Position numbers and translations under genes: made by a program. Shown in pieces: positions 24,451 to 38,555 of a DNA stretch of 64,000 nucleotides (the stretch's first letter is position 1; every line of letters begins with the position of its first letter). The stretch comes from Mobula birostris (taxonomy: Eukaryota). Below the pieces are notes generated by a model, which saw nothing but the letters and a program-made list of their open reading frames with translations, did not search any database and had not been told where the DNA came from. Location of the stretch: positions 145,306,104 to 145,370,103 of the forward strand of contig NC_092377.1 in assembly GCF_030028105.1 (NCBI RefSeq), in the 5' to 3' direction.

Positions 24451-27400
24451 ATATCCCGGCATCTGCACATGTGGGGGCGGGAGACAACATACCTTTCGGT
24501 ATGTTGGTGGTTGTGGGAACCTATGGGTGGAGATTTGGAGAGAAGGATCACTTAAAATAGGAATCAATTACAGTTCGGTGTTTGCTGCTCCGCACAGACT
24601 CGAAGGCCGGAAGGAGCAAATGAGAGTTTTCTGTATACATGACTATATAGCTCTTCTTTCCGACAGTAAAATTAAGGCATCATTATTTCCATCGAGAAAT
24701 AACGCGGAACCATAATTTTTTTTCATTTAAAGTGTCATGATATGAGTATACTTAAATCTTAACCTATATTGATCATTATGCATAATCTATCAATATTCAG
24801 TTCGCATGACTATTAGCTTAATTAGAAATTCTAATCAAAATTTATATTTTCAATTGGAATCCAATTTTTACCACTGATTCAAGTATAAACGTTTCATATT
24901 AATATGATCTTATTTTATATAACAGAATTTACTACCCGATCGCAACTAGGATCCCAGGGAAGAGGTACTCAGGGAAACATATATCGTCAAAACCTTCAGA
25001 GTTTTCCTGCTCTTCACTGTTTCCCTCAGCTTAAAACATCTGCAAATGTAAACTGATTTATGACTTACATTCAGTGTTTTTTTGTAATTATCAGCAAACA
25101 AGTATTCAGCAAACGAGATGGAAGTCAAAAACGCGGCAGATTAGGATGTATGTGCGGCAAAAGAAACAAAGACATTTTAGTTCGTTATGCGTTCTACAAA
25201 TGCTGTGTACTCTGCCTTAATGTTCATTTTCTTTGTCGTTCATTGCATCCTGATATTCTCCTAGGGTTTTCCATTATACAGCAGTAAAGCACTAAATATT
25301 TTACAAAAGGAATTTTACGCAAAAGAATATAAGGAAAACATTTTCCCACTGAAGACTGCACTATAGATTTCACCGGGATAAGGAACACGAATGTAGGGTT
25401 AAAATTGCCAAGAACGGCGATCTCTCTTATACTTGCAATGGAACACGAAAACACACACTGAATCAGATATGGTAATGCCTTTTTCCCTCCTACCACACAA
25501 AAGTGCAAGATTTGGTATGAAATCTGATATAAGATACTACTTAACTGAAGATAATTCATAACTAATTAAAGCGGTTATATTGCAGAAGGATTTCAATAAT
25601 GTAAAATATAAAAACTTCTTTCCAAGATCTGAGACTAAATACAGTAGTCAAACTTGTTCACTTGGCTGTGCAACATAGTGTTAGAAAGAGCTGCAGTAAT
25701 AATTATCAACAATAGCAATATGCACGACCGTTCTAAAAAGCACAGCAACTGAAATTTTGGCTGCTCCTTGAATTCACTGAATGATATATTGTGCAATCCG
25801 ATTGGCTGTTTCCCCAAAATGACTACATTCCAGTTCTAATGAACACTAATTAATAATTTGTTTGTAATATAAGATGGCAACAACAGCGTATTTCGGTCCG
25901 AAACAATACTTCGAGCTTTTGGTGCAATTTTACATTGAAGTTTTTGACAAAAATTCAATGAGAAGTCGGTGTAACTACTGAAAGCACTTATACTGTCAGT
26001 GTAAGAGATAAAAATTCGCGAATACTAGGAAAACAAAGACTGTAAAGTTAATACTAAATTTCAACGCCACATTTCTGTTGTCATTTATTGGAAACAAATG
26101 TGCCTTTTTCCTGATCAATTCAACAGTATGTTCCAATTTTTGAAATACATGAAACATTGATTTCTACTGGACATTCGCAGGGCGAAAGATATGTTCCTCT
26201 TTTGTTCATACTATATTAGCATTGATTTATCACAAAGTTAGAAGACAGAGAGGAACATATGTTTATTATTTTTACTTTCTATTCCATTTAACTTCCAGTA
26301 GCAATGTTGTAAAGTTACGCAAGAGTGGACATTAATGATAATGAACATGTCAATTGATTATCTAATATTCCCAGTATTCTTAATAAACTCACAATTCCAG
26401 ATCTGCAACAACATCATTGCCAGGATAGACCACAGCATTTTCGCTGTCCCGTATGTTAAACGAGTGGGCGCAGCCATAACTTAATAACTGATCTGAAAGC
26501 AAATGCTTCAAAATATTTTTTCGAGTATTCAGTACTTCTGTCTCAGCATCCAATATATTACCACTCAATTAACGCGTGATTTGCAATTTGCTGAAACGTA
26601 CCAATGGGAAAGGACTTGCCCATTAATGGAATTGATACGTTTGTCTTCTTTCATTGGGCTTCTCCTGAGAAAGCAAATGACTGAGATGATCTGAAATTGC
26701 AATGATACAACGACGCAGCATTTACATCCTAAATGAAATCTTAAGTCATAGAAGCTTAACGTCCAGGAGTAAGTTATTCAGAACATTGCCACGAATATTT
26801 CTGATGCGGTAGGCTTTCTCTGAGACCATATTTCTTATGTCCTTCTTTCCCAACATCATTCAGTTGTCCACTTTAGCAATGTGGTTAGTAATCCTGTCCG
26901 TACTCCGACTTTCACCAAAAGAACAAAAAATAACTTCTTTTCTCTTCTATTGTATGTATCACTATCTTACATTGTCACACCAAATGTATTATGATATTTC
27001 CATCCAAACAGGCTAAATACGTAAAATAAATTTAAAAAAGATGCTTTGACTCCCGATTTCTCTCCTGTTTCTTTTTTATTTATTTATTTATTGCCTGGAA
27101 GCTATGATAGTTCCATTATTGTCCTTTTTTTTTTGTTGATTTTGCAATTTCGCAGAAATATATATTTTAATGAACTGGACCCTTTGAAACTTCCCTGGCC
27201 TTCACCTTCAACCTAGTTAAAGTTTCTCATCCTCTACACCACCCCCACATGCACAGTTCATAGAGTTCATCTTTCTTGACAATTTCGTATCTGATTCGAC
27301 AACCTGATACGTCTACGAATATTTTCCAATATTTTCTGCAGTGCTGTGAGAGAAAGCCAACTGCTAGGATGCAAAGAGCTTCCAATGCGATGTAGACTGT

Positions 27401-27689
27401 CGACTGAGATAGAAAATGCAGCATAGACGAGGAATCTGAACCGGTTGGAAGTTTGCTCGTAAGCAAGGACATATTTAAAGTGAAAAAAAAGAAAGTGCCA
27501 TCAGCCATTTTCATCGTGATAACCTGGGTGTGGATATCCGACTGGTGGGTTTAACTGAGGGCTATGAATATATCATCTTCAGGGAAAGGACGAAGAACAA
27601 CAATGCAATCCGAAGTTAAGTTGTTTGTTTTCTTCCTAATTTCAGAAACTTATTATTTCATTGGGGAGCAGTAATACTATACAATAGAA

Positions 27690-29990
27690 TGCGGTTCTCC
27701 TGTAGTGATAAAGTATCAGGATTCAGTCAATGGTTCCCGACGACTATGTCTGCAAGAGGTATGACCAGTTGCCGCTAGTCTGTGGAAGAATGATTTGCTT
27801 GGAGAATCAATTGGACCCACTGACCGGCATAAAGAGCTAGAGATTTTTTTTGGAGGGAGAAAGTCAGCAAAAGACATGGGTGACTGAAAGGAAAGGCTTA
27901 TATGTACTGCAAGAATATCCTGGAGCTACCCAGATATGAACGGTAAGTACCACATACGAGTTCAGTTGGGGCATCCCCTCAGGAAGAATAGAAGCGGCAG
28001 AATTAACGAGCAATCTTGTCTTCCCTTGTTGAATTGTGGGATGCTAGGACGATAAGAAATTCTTAAGGCAGAGCGAAATGAAACAGTTTATCTAGTCTCA
28101 AAACAGAACCAAGAATTATATGCTTCCTTACTGTTCCCAGGCTCAAGCACTCTCTGAGCAGGCACAGGACATTCTGATGGAGAGAGTGTATCGCAACTGG
28201 TCTTGCAAAATTGGCACCGAAGAAAAAGGCAGAATTTATCGGGCTTCAGATACAATTTAGTGACTCGGGCAGGAATTAAAAAGTAGGAACAGCAGGATTA
28301 AAATTGGAAGCCTACTGCTTGTGGCATGTACTGCGGAAGTATACCGTATCATCGAAGAAAAGTACAGTTCATTGAATGTGTCAGGAGCTGACGAAGTTTG
28401 GAGGCTTTAGAGATGTTTAGTATTAGGCATTCCTTTATGGCAGCTGCAACACATGTAGAAAAAAATCGATGCAGTACCACAGAAAGGGCACCGATCCCCA
28501 TATAGGGAGTTTTACAATTTGCACACGGAAGGGTTTAAACCGGATTGCAGAGGGTGGGAAGCTAAACAGTACGTCAGATAGAGAAATCGACAGAAGTGAT
28601 AAGATTCGGAGAACTATGTGTAAAAAGAAGACAGACATAGGAATTTAAAAGAACCTGATTGGACTAATATGGCGTTTATTTCAACTCAGTGAGAATTAAA
28701 GAAAAAGGCAGTTGTACGTAAAATGTCGATTAGCGCATTGAACTATGATTTTGGTCAAATGAGAGAGAAGTTGTTGCGATTGGGACGGGACTGACTGCTC
28801 ACTGGTCAAGGATTTCAGCACCCAGAAATGATATAAATGGAAGTAAAATGATGGGTGCGTTCTGTGACTAATAAAGGGAATGTCAGAGCTCTACTCAGAA
28901 CAGACAAACATTCACTGATGCAAAATAGTAAGGCTGAAAATATGACGTCACACTCGACGTATTAAGTTTACTGGCTCCCAATATCTCGGCAGAAACCAAG
29001 AACAAGTGTAGGTAACATTCAATGAAAAGAAATTGGACAGCTCCTTTTTGGAATTAATCGAGAAACTTGAACATAAAAATAGAAAGGCCAAAGGATATAT
29101 GCATGAACTTTACAACTTAGAGGGAAAGATTCAAAATTTGTTTTTATCATGTTCATAACAGAAGACTGAATATAGAGAGATAATGACTGTTCAACGATAA
29201 TAGAGGTCATGTGTGCGTGAAGCGAGATAATGGGGAAAGTTCTAAATGAGTAGTTAAGGGGAGGAGGGTCAATGTTGTTTCCTTAATTAAGAAAGAGTAG
29301 AGGGAAATTCGGAAACTTAGAGGATGTTGACTCTCATATTAGCCTTTTGAAACTATTGGAGTGGAGTGCGATTGATCGGTTTTATCACAGTTACTTTTTT
29401 TTTTAACCACCATCCACGATATTAGTAGCTATCAGGATGCTGTTCGCTTGGATAAGTCATCTTTAAAAACTGCTTAGAGGATTGTAGATTGTGACCAATA
29501 TAATTTATGGTGGTGACGCTTTGATATTGTCCACATGGAGCTTATCAATGTATTTGAAAATAACCATTTTACTGGGTTGATGAAGAAGAATATGCTGCAT
29601 GGAATGCAGAGTTATTTGACTGTTTGGATTCTGTAACGGCATATACATAAATGGCAAATATAGTGATGGAAGGGGTCTGCAGAGTGTCGGTTGCTTTTGA
29701 TATAAAATACGTTTTGTTGCTAACTTGGAGAATGATATATAAATGATTAAGGTGTATCCAGTGAACAATATAATAACTGATAAAACAGGACATAGATCAT
29801 TAACACTTCCTGGTAGAAAATAGCATAGAGTTCCACGTGGGGAAGCGTGACGTGTTGCATTCTGGGCAGGCCTGAATAACGGCAAGTATCACTTTGATGA
29901 CAGTTGGTCAGGTTCATTATCTTAAAAAGGGATCCTGGTGTTCAAATCCATCAATTCCTAAACGCGATAATGTAAGATCAGTGGATGGAA
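27690..29990 (+). mobile_element. Very decayed CR1 LINE (ORF1 to ORF2 remnants)
   Basis: gttcccgacgactatgtctgcaagagg (zinc-finger region), esterase-like and RT-like remnants; no long ORF. Confidence 0.55.
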
Positions 29991-29999
29991 TGGCTGACA

Positions 30000-30530
30000 C
30001 GTTCGTAATGGCAGCTGCTGTACGAGATCATGGTCTGGGTGGTGGGTGGCCTTGATGATGGAAGAAGGTGCATAATAATGATGAGATATTTACCAGTATC
30101 GGACTGGGCCGTATCGACTGTTTTTTTTTCTGTTTTGTTTTTTGTGGGATTTTCCGTTCAAGAGCTTTGGTCATTCCATACCAGGCCATATTGAAAAAAA
30201 AAACAAACAAACAATAGACTCCTTTCTGGACATCTATAGAAAATTGTCAAAGTTTTTGATATCATGCTTCATCGTTGCAGGTAGAGAAGCTGCTGTACTT
30301 TCACCATAATGCTCTCTATTACTGGGTCCGGGCCAGATCCGCTGAAATAATGACAGGGAAGAATTTAAGGTTGTTGGTCCTCTCAACATCTGAACCCCAG
30401 ATGAGGAAGAGCTCATGGAACGCAGGTTTCTATTTCCCGAAATCAATAGTGAGCTCCTTGTTTTTTTTTTTCTGACATTAAATATGAGGTTATTATTCTA
30501 GCACCAGTCTGGCAGATTTGTATTCCAACC
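30000..30530 (-). mobile_element. Rex1/Babar-like LINE 3' fragment
   Basis: Minus strand ccatcatcaaggccacccaccacccagacc and aacaaggagctcactattgatttcggg, typical of the C-terminal part of this RT. Confidence 0.55.
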
Positions 30531-32664
30531 TCTATATGCTCTGAAATATCCCACTTATATCGCTTCTGTATGTACTCTATATTTTCTTTGTCATCATCAT
30601 TGCCTTCTTGTTTTGGAACATGATGACAGCCATGGATGTCAAGATTGTGTCCTTTGCTTGTTAATGTGCCTCCATCCCGCCGTTAAATGATTTTGTGGAA
30701 TATAGTGAGAATGCAGTCTCTGGAAAATGAATGACTGTCAACGTTTTTCTGGAAATTAGAACTGGGTAATACATAACCACATTGCTTGCAGCAATCTCAA
30801 TTTAAACTGAAAGGAGCGATTATACAGAGCTGAAATAAAAGTCACTGCAAGGGAAAATAGAACAAGCCATGGATGAAATTGCAGTAGCACTCAACAAGCC
30901 ACGCATGGACTATTGAGCCTGTCAGAAATGTCACTAATATGAAGGTTTCCAAGTAAGTGCGCTACTGAAAAAAGAGAAGTGTAAAGGCAAGAACGAAAAA
31001 GAGTTCTGGAATGAGTAACACAACTTTTAAACTACAGAATGGGCAGCACATTATTTTACCGTTTTAAAAGTTGAGCTGTGTTAACAACCTAAACTTTCTG
31101 AATTCAATGATGATTTTTTTTTAAGGCTGACATGTTCCCTTTGAAAAGATGGAAGTATACTGATTCAGAACGAAAGGCAGTGGAGAAGAGCAATGGCAAA
31201 GAGAACAGAAATTACTTGCTCCGAAATGCAGTATCATGCCATTGGGAAATAAAATGCAGGAAATTCTAGAAAACAGGAATATGTGTGCTCAGGATGCAAG
31301 ATTAATTGATATACACCCTTGGACACTGCTTCAGACTCTTTCCATCTGCGCAATAGAACCCTGTATAATATTTCTGTCCACTCTACATCCTGTTATTCAG
31401 TTTGCTTCAATGTTTCTTGACATACGGGTGTTCTTGATGTAACTGTATGAGGAAAATCAACTGAGAATTATGCACACACAACATTTGGCAATGACCGAAG
31501 ATACATCCATCCCTTTACAAAGTACGACTACAACTTCTCATTTGCCAAATTTCAACAAAAAGACCTAAAACTGAAATGTGTGCCTGGTCACTTTATATTT
31601 GCATCAATCTTCACATCACCAATGTGAATCGGATTTTTTTTTTGTGTGTGTGTGTGTTAATTTAGTATAACATTTTGGAATATCTTATAGAATTTAGCTA
31701 TTTTGAATAAACTTTGCCTTTGTCGGATTTTACACTCGAGTTAACTCGGCTCTTCTGATCGGACATTTTTGCGATTCTAAAATTCCCCAATCTAAATAAT
31801 TTTGACAGAAATTTGACTCTCAGAGCTACTTCAAAACAAGACAAAGGTGCTGGTTTAGACCACTCATGGTTATTTAACAAGGATTTTATGAAATACATTG
31901 ATCCACACTCTTGCTTTACAGTACTAAAATGTTTTCAACATAAGATAGCTGCGTATTGTTTCCCTTACAAAGTAACAACTAAGAATTACTGTGGCAGTAA
32001 TAATTGAGCATAGTGCCTGATTTTCATTTATTTAATTCCCTGTATATAGAAACTGTTCCACCATTCTACAGCAGCATAGCAACGTCTCCGCAAAACTGTT
32101 TTTCTCTTGAGCTGGCAGGAAACACCTGCTATGGGGGATTTTTTTTTTTTTTTTAATTTTCTGCTCTGAAGTATTCAAAAGCCAAATCTATATTTGGTAG
32201 CACGCTGTATTCTAACTTTAAAAAAAAAAGTTATGGGTCAATTTTCTGGTCCAGATGCTTAACCCAATATGCTATGGTTAATATGTATATTTCCGTGAAC
32301 AAAATATTAGAATTTAGATATTGACAAGCTTCGAATAAAAAGCTGAATAGTTACCCTTATTATCCGAATCCGCCGTCCTTAATACTAATGTAAAAAACGC
32401 TTTGTATCAATTCACAGAAGGGAACAGGTATACGATATACATGATTAACATTGACATTTGATTAATATTATAAAACCATACAGAGATTTCCAGTCTTCGG
32501 TTTGGAGATTGACTGAGCTGGAAGACCTACTACCTAATTAGTACAGTCAGTCATGAACCTTAAATGCTACTATACTCTGGAAGTGTGACATTGTTGTGTT
32601 GTGTCAGTGGTTAAATGCCTCGAATTGAGTTCACGGGATTAGAAAACTGCATTATATTTCTAAT

Positions 32665-32975
32665 AGAGTAGACAGGTAACACCTCTTCCCCAGGGCACTA
32701 CTACTCTGTATAAGAGGACATAGTTTTAATGTAAGGGGTGGGAAGTTCAACGGAGATATTAGAGGAAGGTTTTTTACTCAGAAAGTGGTTGGTGCGTGGA
32801 ATGCACTGCCTGAGTCAATGGTGGAGGCAGATACACTGGTGAAATTTAAAAGACTGCTAGACAGGTACATGGAGGAATTTAAGTTGGAAGGTTATATGGG
32901 AAGTAGGGTTTAAGGGTCGGCAAAACATTGTGGCCCGAGGGCCTGTACTGTGCTGTACTATTCTATGTTCTATGT
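32665..32975 (+). mobile_element. CR1 3' end
   Basis: Near-identical (inverted) to 55112-55430; ttctatgttctatg tail. Confidence 0.9.
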
Positions 32976-33349
32976 CGTATGTTTTAACCGTGCAGCCAGC
33001 TATTTTAATACTGATTATTACTATGTGAAGGTAGACTAAAAATATATACTCTGTAATGAAAATTTCGCATCTACAGTAATGATACTAATTCCCATATGAT
33101 TCGCCGATGTCCAAAATGGACCATTTTCCGTTGTCTCTTATTTTGTATGATTTTGACCCAGGATTTTTTTCCCGGAATCTGAAAGGTAGATTTCAGAGCA
33201 ATAGCCAATAACTGTTGAGCAATGAAACTGATGAAGAAGACGCACATGCTCTGTAAATCCAGATAGAAGCATATATACAAATAATGTTTAATTTACAATC
33301 CATGCAAAGCACTTTGAAACTATACGTGAATGTACAAAAGTTGCTACAT

Positions 33350-33800
33350 AAATAAAGTTATTAGTATTCTATTATTATTGCTACTGTATATTTGTACCTT
33401 TTCTTAGCTCTCGCTGGTAAAAGCTGAGGTACCTGCACAGTCACTTCTGAACAGTTAAGAACCTTCCTACTATTTCGGTGCTATTTTGTATTGAGTCTGT
33501 CCGGAGATTCACATAGGTATTCCTGCTTTGGCTCAATTGATTAATCCTATTGTGTAATGACTTTGGGGTCATGTCAGTTGTAGATATTACTATTGGAACC
33601 ATATATTACCTGTTCATGATTTTAAACCGTTAAATTTCCTCGGGTATTACAGCATTTTGCTGGTGATTTTAATTTAATGATTTCTCTAAGCTTTGTCTGG
33701 TTCCAATGTATTGAATATGTTGATCTGAGTCAGAGGCATAACCAAGCACAGTCTTTTGTTAATTGCTAGGAACTTTCGGACTGCTCTTCGGGTGCTTAGT
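33350..33800 (-). mobile_element. Two tandem 3' fragments of R4/Dong-like (RLE) retrotransposons; the second resumes at ~34632-35140
   Basis: IVISTT motif; ILSTRRAVRKFL C-terminus; shared 3' UTR; TAA-type repeats at ~33355 and ~35140. Confidence 0.7.
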
Positions 33801-34630
33801 ATTAGATTAGATTATGCGAACACTCAGTCCTTATTTCTTGTCATTTAGAAATGTATGCATGCATTAAGAAATGATACTCTGTTCCTCGAGAGTGATATCA
33901 CAGAAAAAAAAAACAGGAAAAACCAAAGACTAATACAGATAGAACCACAAATTATAACAACGCACATGAAAGCTGCTGGTGAACGCAGCAGGCCAGGCAG
34001 CATCTCTAGGAAGAGGTACAGTCGATGTTTCAGGCCGAGACCCTTCGGCAGGACTAACTGAACGAAGGGTTAGTGAGAGATTTAGATAATTATAACATAT
34101 AGTTACAGCAGTGCAAATCAATACCATAATTTGATAAAGAACAGACCATGGGCAATATAAAAAAAAAGTCTCAAAGTCCCGAGTCGATCCACTCCTTAGT
34201 CCCCTATAGCAGGCGGCAAAGGAAGAAACTCTCTGCCAAAAGCTCTAGGCATCGACAACTGCCGATGCATTGGAAGCATCCGACCACAGCCGACAGTGAG
34301 TCCGTCCTTCCGAAAACTTCGAGCCTCCGACCAGCCCCTCTGATACAGCCTCCCGAGCGCCATCCGCAGCCGAGTGCCATCGACCTCGCCCAGCCGCCGA
34401 CACAAGTAAAGCCGAGGATTCGGAACCTTCTCCTCCGGAGATTTCGGACCACACATTAAAAGCGGCAGCGAAGCGGGCGTTTCATAAGTTTCTCCAGCTG
34501 TTCCTCCGTACTCTTACGTCTGTCTCCATCAAATCAGAATTGTGCACCGTCCCCTACTTGACAAATAACAGACATCACCACTGAAGTGGCCGCGCACGCT
34601 ACGTCGCGCCGCCATCTTCTCCTCCTCCCT
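33801..34630 (-). mobile_element. Non-autonomous retroposon with AAGATGGCGG start and (AATCT)n tail
   Basis: Minus strand starts ggagaagatggcggcgcgacg and ends cataatctaatctaat; splits an R4-like C-terminus; no credible ORF. Confidence 0.7.
33960..34087 (-). ncRNA. Penelope pLTR copy 3 with hammerhead motif (34020-34055); stand-alone insertion
   Basis: Minus strand AGTC-CTGCCGA-AGGGTCTCGGCCT-GAAA-CATC-GACT; perfect 10-bp duplication AATTATAACA at 33950-33959 and 34088-34097. Confidence 0.8.
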
Positions 34631-35159
34631 CTCTTTGTCACTTTATGCAGATATACATTGATATTACTTTGCAACTGTTGATGAGGTTTTCCCTGTATCC
34701 TGTCATATCGGTTTCACGTTCCGTTGCTCGGTATTATACATGCATTATCAATGTGGTTAACACTAATGACAACTTCATGGATGCCTTTTTTCTTTTAACT
34801 GCTTCAGTGATCTTAGTTGTAAGCGGACCACTCTGCTGAGACACTTGCAGCAGTCGTAGCCTTTGTTGCTGATGGACTACGTTCAACGTCGGCAGTAAGT
34901 TATTTGGTTTTCCCCACGCCCTACCGCCTATTCACCATCACTGGTTTGCTGACAGTCGTGACCAGCGCTATCTCCAGACAAGGCCTGGCGATATCCAGGG
35001 AGTGGCTGAATCTCTCTATTACGTAGATATCTCTCTATTTCTGAAGCGAAAGTGTCTTGCACTTTATGCCTTCAGCTGGGAAAACAAACGCAGCTCCGAG
35101 CACCGCCTAATCTGGGTACAGTCATGGCTGGATTATTGCCATTATCACTATTATTATTA

Positions 35160-36258
35160 TTATTGAATGGACTTTATTTTTTACATCCTTCACATACATG
35201 AGGAGTAAATATTTTATTTTACGTCTCCGTCTAAATGTGCAATATGCAATCATAGTAATTTATAATACCTTGTAATAAATAGAACAGTCATTGTAACATA
35301 GAAATACACTTAAATCAGCGTGAGTGAATCTGTCTGATGTCGTGGTGGAAGAAGCTGTCCCAGAGTCTTTTCGTCCTAGCCCTCATGCTGCGGTGCTGTT
35401 TACCGGATGGTAGTAGATGGAATAGATTGTGGATGGGGTAACTCAGTTCCCGAATGATCTTCGGGCCCTTTTTTCACACCTATCTTTGTAAAGACAGCTT
35501 GTGCCTACAGACTTTGCGAGGTCCTTCGTGACGTCGATGCCAGGGAACTTAACGCTGTTTACCCTCGCAACCCCGCATCCATTGATCTGAATTGGGTTAG
35601 TCTGTCTGCATTCCTCGTGTAATTCACAACAAGCTCTTCTGTTTTTGCGACATTGTGGGAAAGTTTGTTTTCTTGACACACTGTGTCAGAGGGATGATTT
35701 CTTCTCTGTGGGTCACCTCGTTAGTTTTTGAGAATAAGCCAATCAATGTAGTGTCGTGGGCAAATTTAATTAGCAGATTAGAGCTGTGGGTGGTGACACA
35801 GGGGTATACAGAGGGTAAAGGAGGGGACTTAGTACACAGCCCTGAGGGGCTCATGAGTTGAGATTCATATGCGTGTAGGTGAGGAAGCCCGCTCTTACCT
35901 CCTGCCGGCGATCTGACAGGAAGAACAGGATCCAGCTGCACAAGACAGGGTCAGGGCCGACGTCTCTAAGCTCCTTGTCGAACCTGGATCGAATTATGGT
36001 GATGAATGCTTTCTTATTTCAGCATCCTACTTCTCAAGATGTGTAAGACGGTGTGTAAGAGCAGTGGTTGTTGCGTCGTCTGTCGATTGGTTGTGTTGCT
36101 AGGCGTATTGTAGGGTGCCCAGTTTGGGTGGCAGCAAGCTGAAGATGTAATCCTTGATCAGCCTCTCAAAACAATTGCTTATTATTGAGGTGAGTGCGAC
36201 AGGACTCCAGTCGTTCAGACATGTTAACTTGGTAATTTTTGGTACAGGAACAGTGGTG
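35160..36258 (-). mobile_element. Rex1/Babar-like LINE, RT 3' half
   Basis: THSSNLLIKFAHDTTLIGL (FADD motif), VNSVKFPGI; aataaag tail next to (AAT)n. Confidence 0.8.
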
Positions 36259-36459
36259 GTTAATAATAATAATCATAATATTAATACTAATAATAACAAT
36301 TATTATTATGATTGTTGTTATTTTATTAACAGCAGCTTCATCATCATCTCAGCTGTTATATTACTCGCAATTCCGTTACCCGGTAATATAGAGCTTCTAA
36401 GAATGTCTTTACTTCCAATAATCACTTCATACATGTCTTAATTAATAATATGTATTTTT

Positions 36460-38555
36460 TTATGTATTTATTATCATCTAAATCTGGGGAAAAGCTGAGG
36501 TATGGGCATAGACAAGCACGCTAATTTGTCAAATGATCAGAGCTTTTAGACTGTTCTAGTGGTGATTAGTTATGTATCTTTCTGACGGTCTACTGTGTAA
36601 TGGTAATCTGTACTGCGTTTAGCATCATATCAGTTGTATTTATTACTATTGGGACAATGTCTACCCGGTGTGTTTTCAAACGTGCTTCAATTTCCTTTCA
36701 TAATTGAACATATTAATGGTGTTTTTTTTCACTTTTGGATTTTTGTATACGTGTATTTCAAATGGCTATATCTATTAACTTCAGAATATTATATTGTCAA
36801 GAGGGGACCCTTCTGTTTCTTAGAAGACGTCTCCTACACCGAGGCAGGCATCAAACACTTCCTTGTAGACATCTAGACTGCTCAAATCGTTGGGATGTCT
36901 ACCGTGTACGGTCATGCTCGTCCATTCATTATCTTTTTGTTCAGTGGTGATAACATTTTCTTTTTTTTTTTTCCCATTGTGCTTTCATTTAAGTTGAGTG
37001 GTGTATAGCTCTTATCAGAATTGGATTTGCTTGCACGGACTGCTGATTCATGCTTTCGTCGATGAAAGTATATAGCTCTATCTGTGTAGATTTGTAATGT
37101 CTGTTATTACTCTTTCCCTACTGGCCCAGGTCGTTTAAATCTAAGCACATTCGAAAGCTGTCACAATGGCGGGGCATTGGGGACAAGGGTGGACCCAAAT
37201 GCAAGGCACATCTTGTGAGGTTACTTAGATTTAGTTTATTGTTCGATACCATGAGAGCAAAGCTGGAGCAGGAAATAGCGAAATGGACAAAACTCAGGAC
37301 TAGGAATACACTGGGACCAAGTGTCTGGGCTTCGAATCGGAATCGGCTCCCAGAACTAGAGGAGACGTGAAGAGGCGAGGGTATGGACTCCGAGCCAGAG
37401 ACTCGGCAAGGACCCAGTTCCTGGGTCTTGTCTCGGGCTCGGACCCCAGAACCAGGCAAGGGCATGACATGGGTTAGGGAGAGCAGGGATATGGGAATAC
37501 AGAGCCTCAGTCTCGGGGAGAGGTACACAGAACTATGGACACATACACAGAAGACAGAGTCGGGACCCCTCCTTGGGTACAGGACATAGGGCCAGGACTC
37601 ATGACCCTCCGCGGGGCAACGGCAAGACTTACCCCACAGAGGCGAGGGGAAGACAAGACAGACGATGACCCCCCGCGGGGCAACGGCAAGACGGCCTGAC
37701 CTACCCCACGGAGGCGAGGACAAGACAAGACCAACACGATTGAATACCAGACAGCACCTATCTAGCTCTGGTGATGGAACTAGACCAAAGAGCAGGCGGG
37801 GTCTGCAGACGAGGGCTAGAGGCGAGAGGGGCAGAGAAGGGATTCAGACGAAGGGGTAGGACAGGAATCACAGTCCGCCAGGGCCAGGACCTGACTCAGG
37901 ACTGGGAAGCCGCCAAGACTAGGACTTGACTTGGCGCTTGAATGACGCCAGGGATAGGACTTCACTTGGTGCTTAAATGCCACCATGGCCAGGACTTGAC
38001 TTGGTGCTTGAAGGCCGCCAGGGAGAGGACTTGTCTTAGTGCTTGAAGGCCGCCGGAGCCAGGACTTGACTTGGAGCCTCCGGGTAGTGGCGAGCTCTTG
38101 ACTCGGCCCGGGAACAGTAGATAGCGGTTCTTGATTCCCTCCGGCAGGTTAACTGACGGACCCAACTCAGTGAGGAAAATTTGCAGGCTCGCTTTGGCAA
38201 GGTAACTGGACAGGATTGCTACGGTAAGGAGAGGTGAATTACCGGCACTCACTTTGGCAGAAGCTAGGCTTGCTCCGGACAGATAACATCGACACACGAT
38301 ACCTTGGATGACCTTACAGACTCTCCCGCACCCAACGGCTGAAAGCCGGAGACTATATACTACCGGTTCAGCCGAGTGTAAATTGTCTCTAATCAACAAA
38401 GTCGAGGGACACGGGAAAATAGGGAATCAGCGGTCGGATCGTAACATAAACAAGCTAAATTTAAAGGGACCCCGATCCGGACCATGACAAAAGCACGTAT
38501 TTTCTGAAATTATGTAATTTCCTTTTTTTATTTTTCTTTGTAAATGATTATTCTT
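36460..38555 (-). mobile_element. R4/Dong-like element, internally deleted, split by a solo LTR
   Basis: DACLGVGDVF*ETEG motif at ~36800-36860; C-terminus and 3' UTR as in the 38845 copy; resumes at 38490. Confidence 0.75.
37159..38489 (-). mobile_element. Solo-LTR-like element, copy 2
   Basis: Minus strand TGTCATGGTCCGG...GTGACA; perfect 5-bp TSD AAAGC (37154-37158, 38490-38494); ~35-bp array at 37875-38075; AATAAA near the 3' end. Confidence 0.9.
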
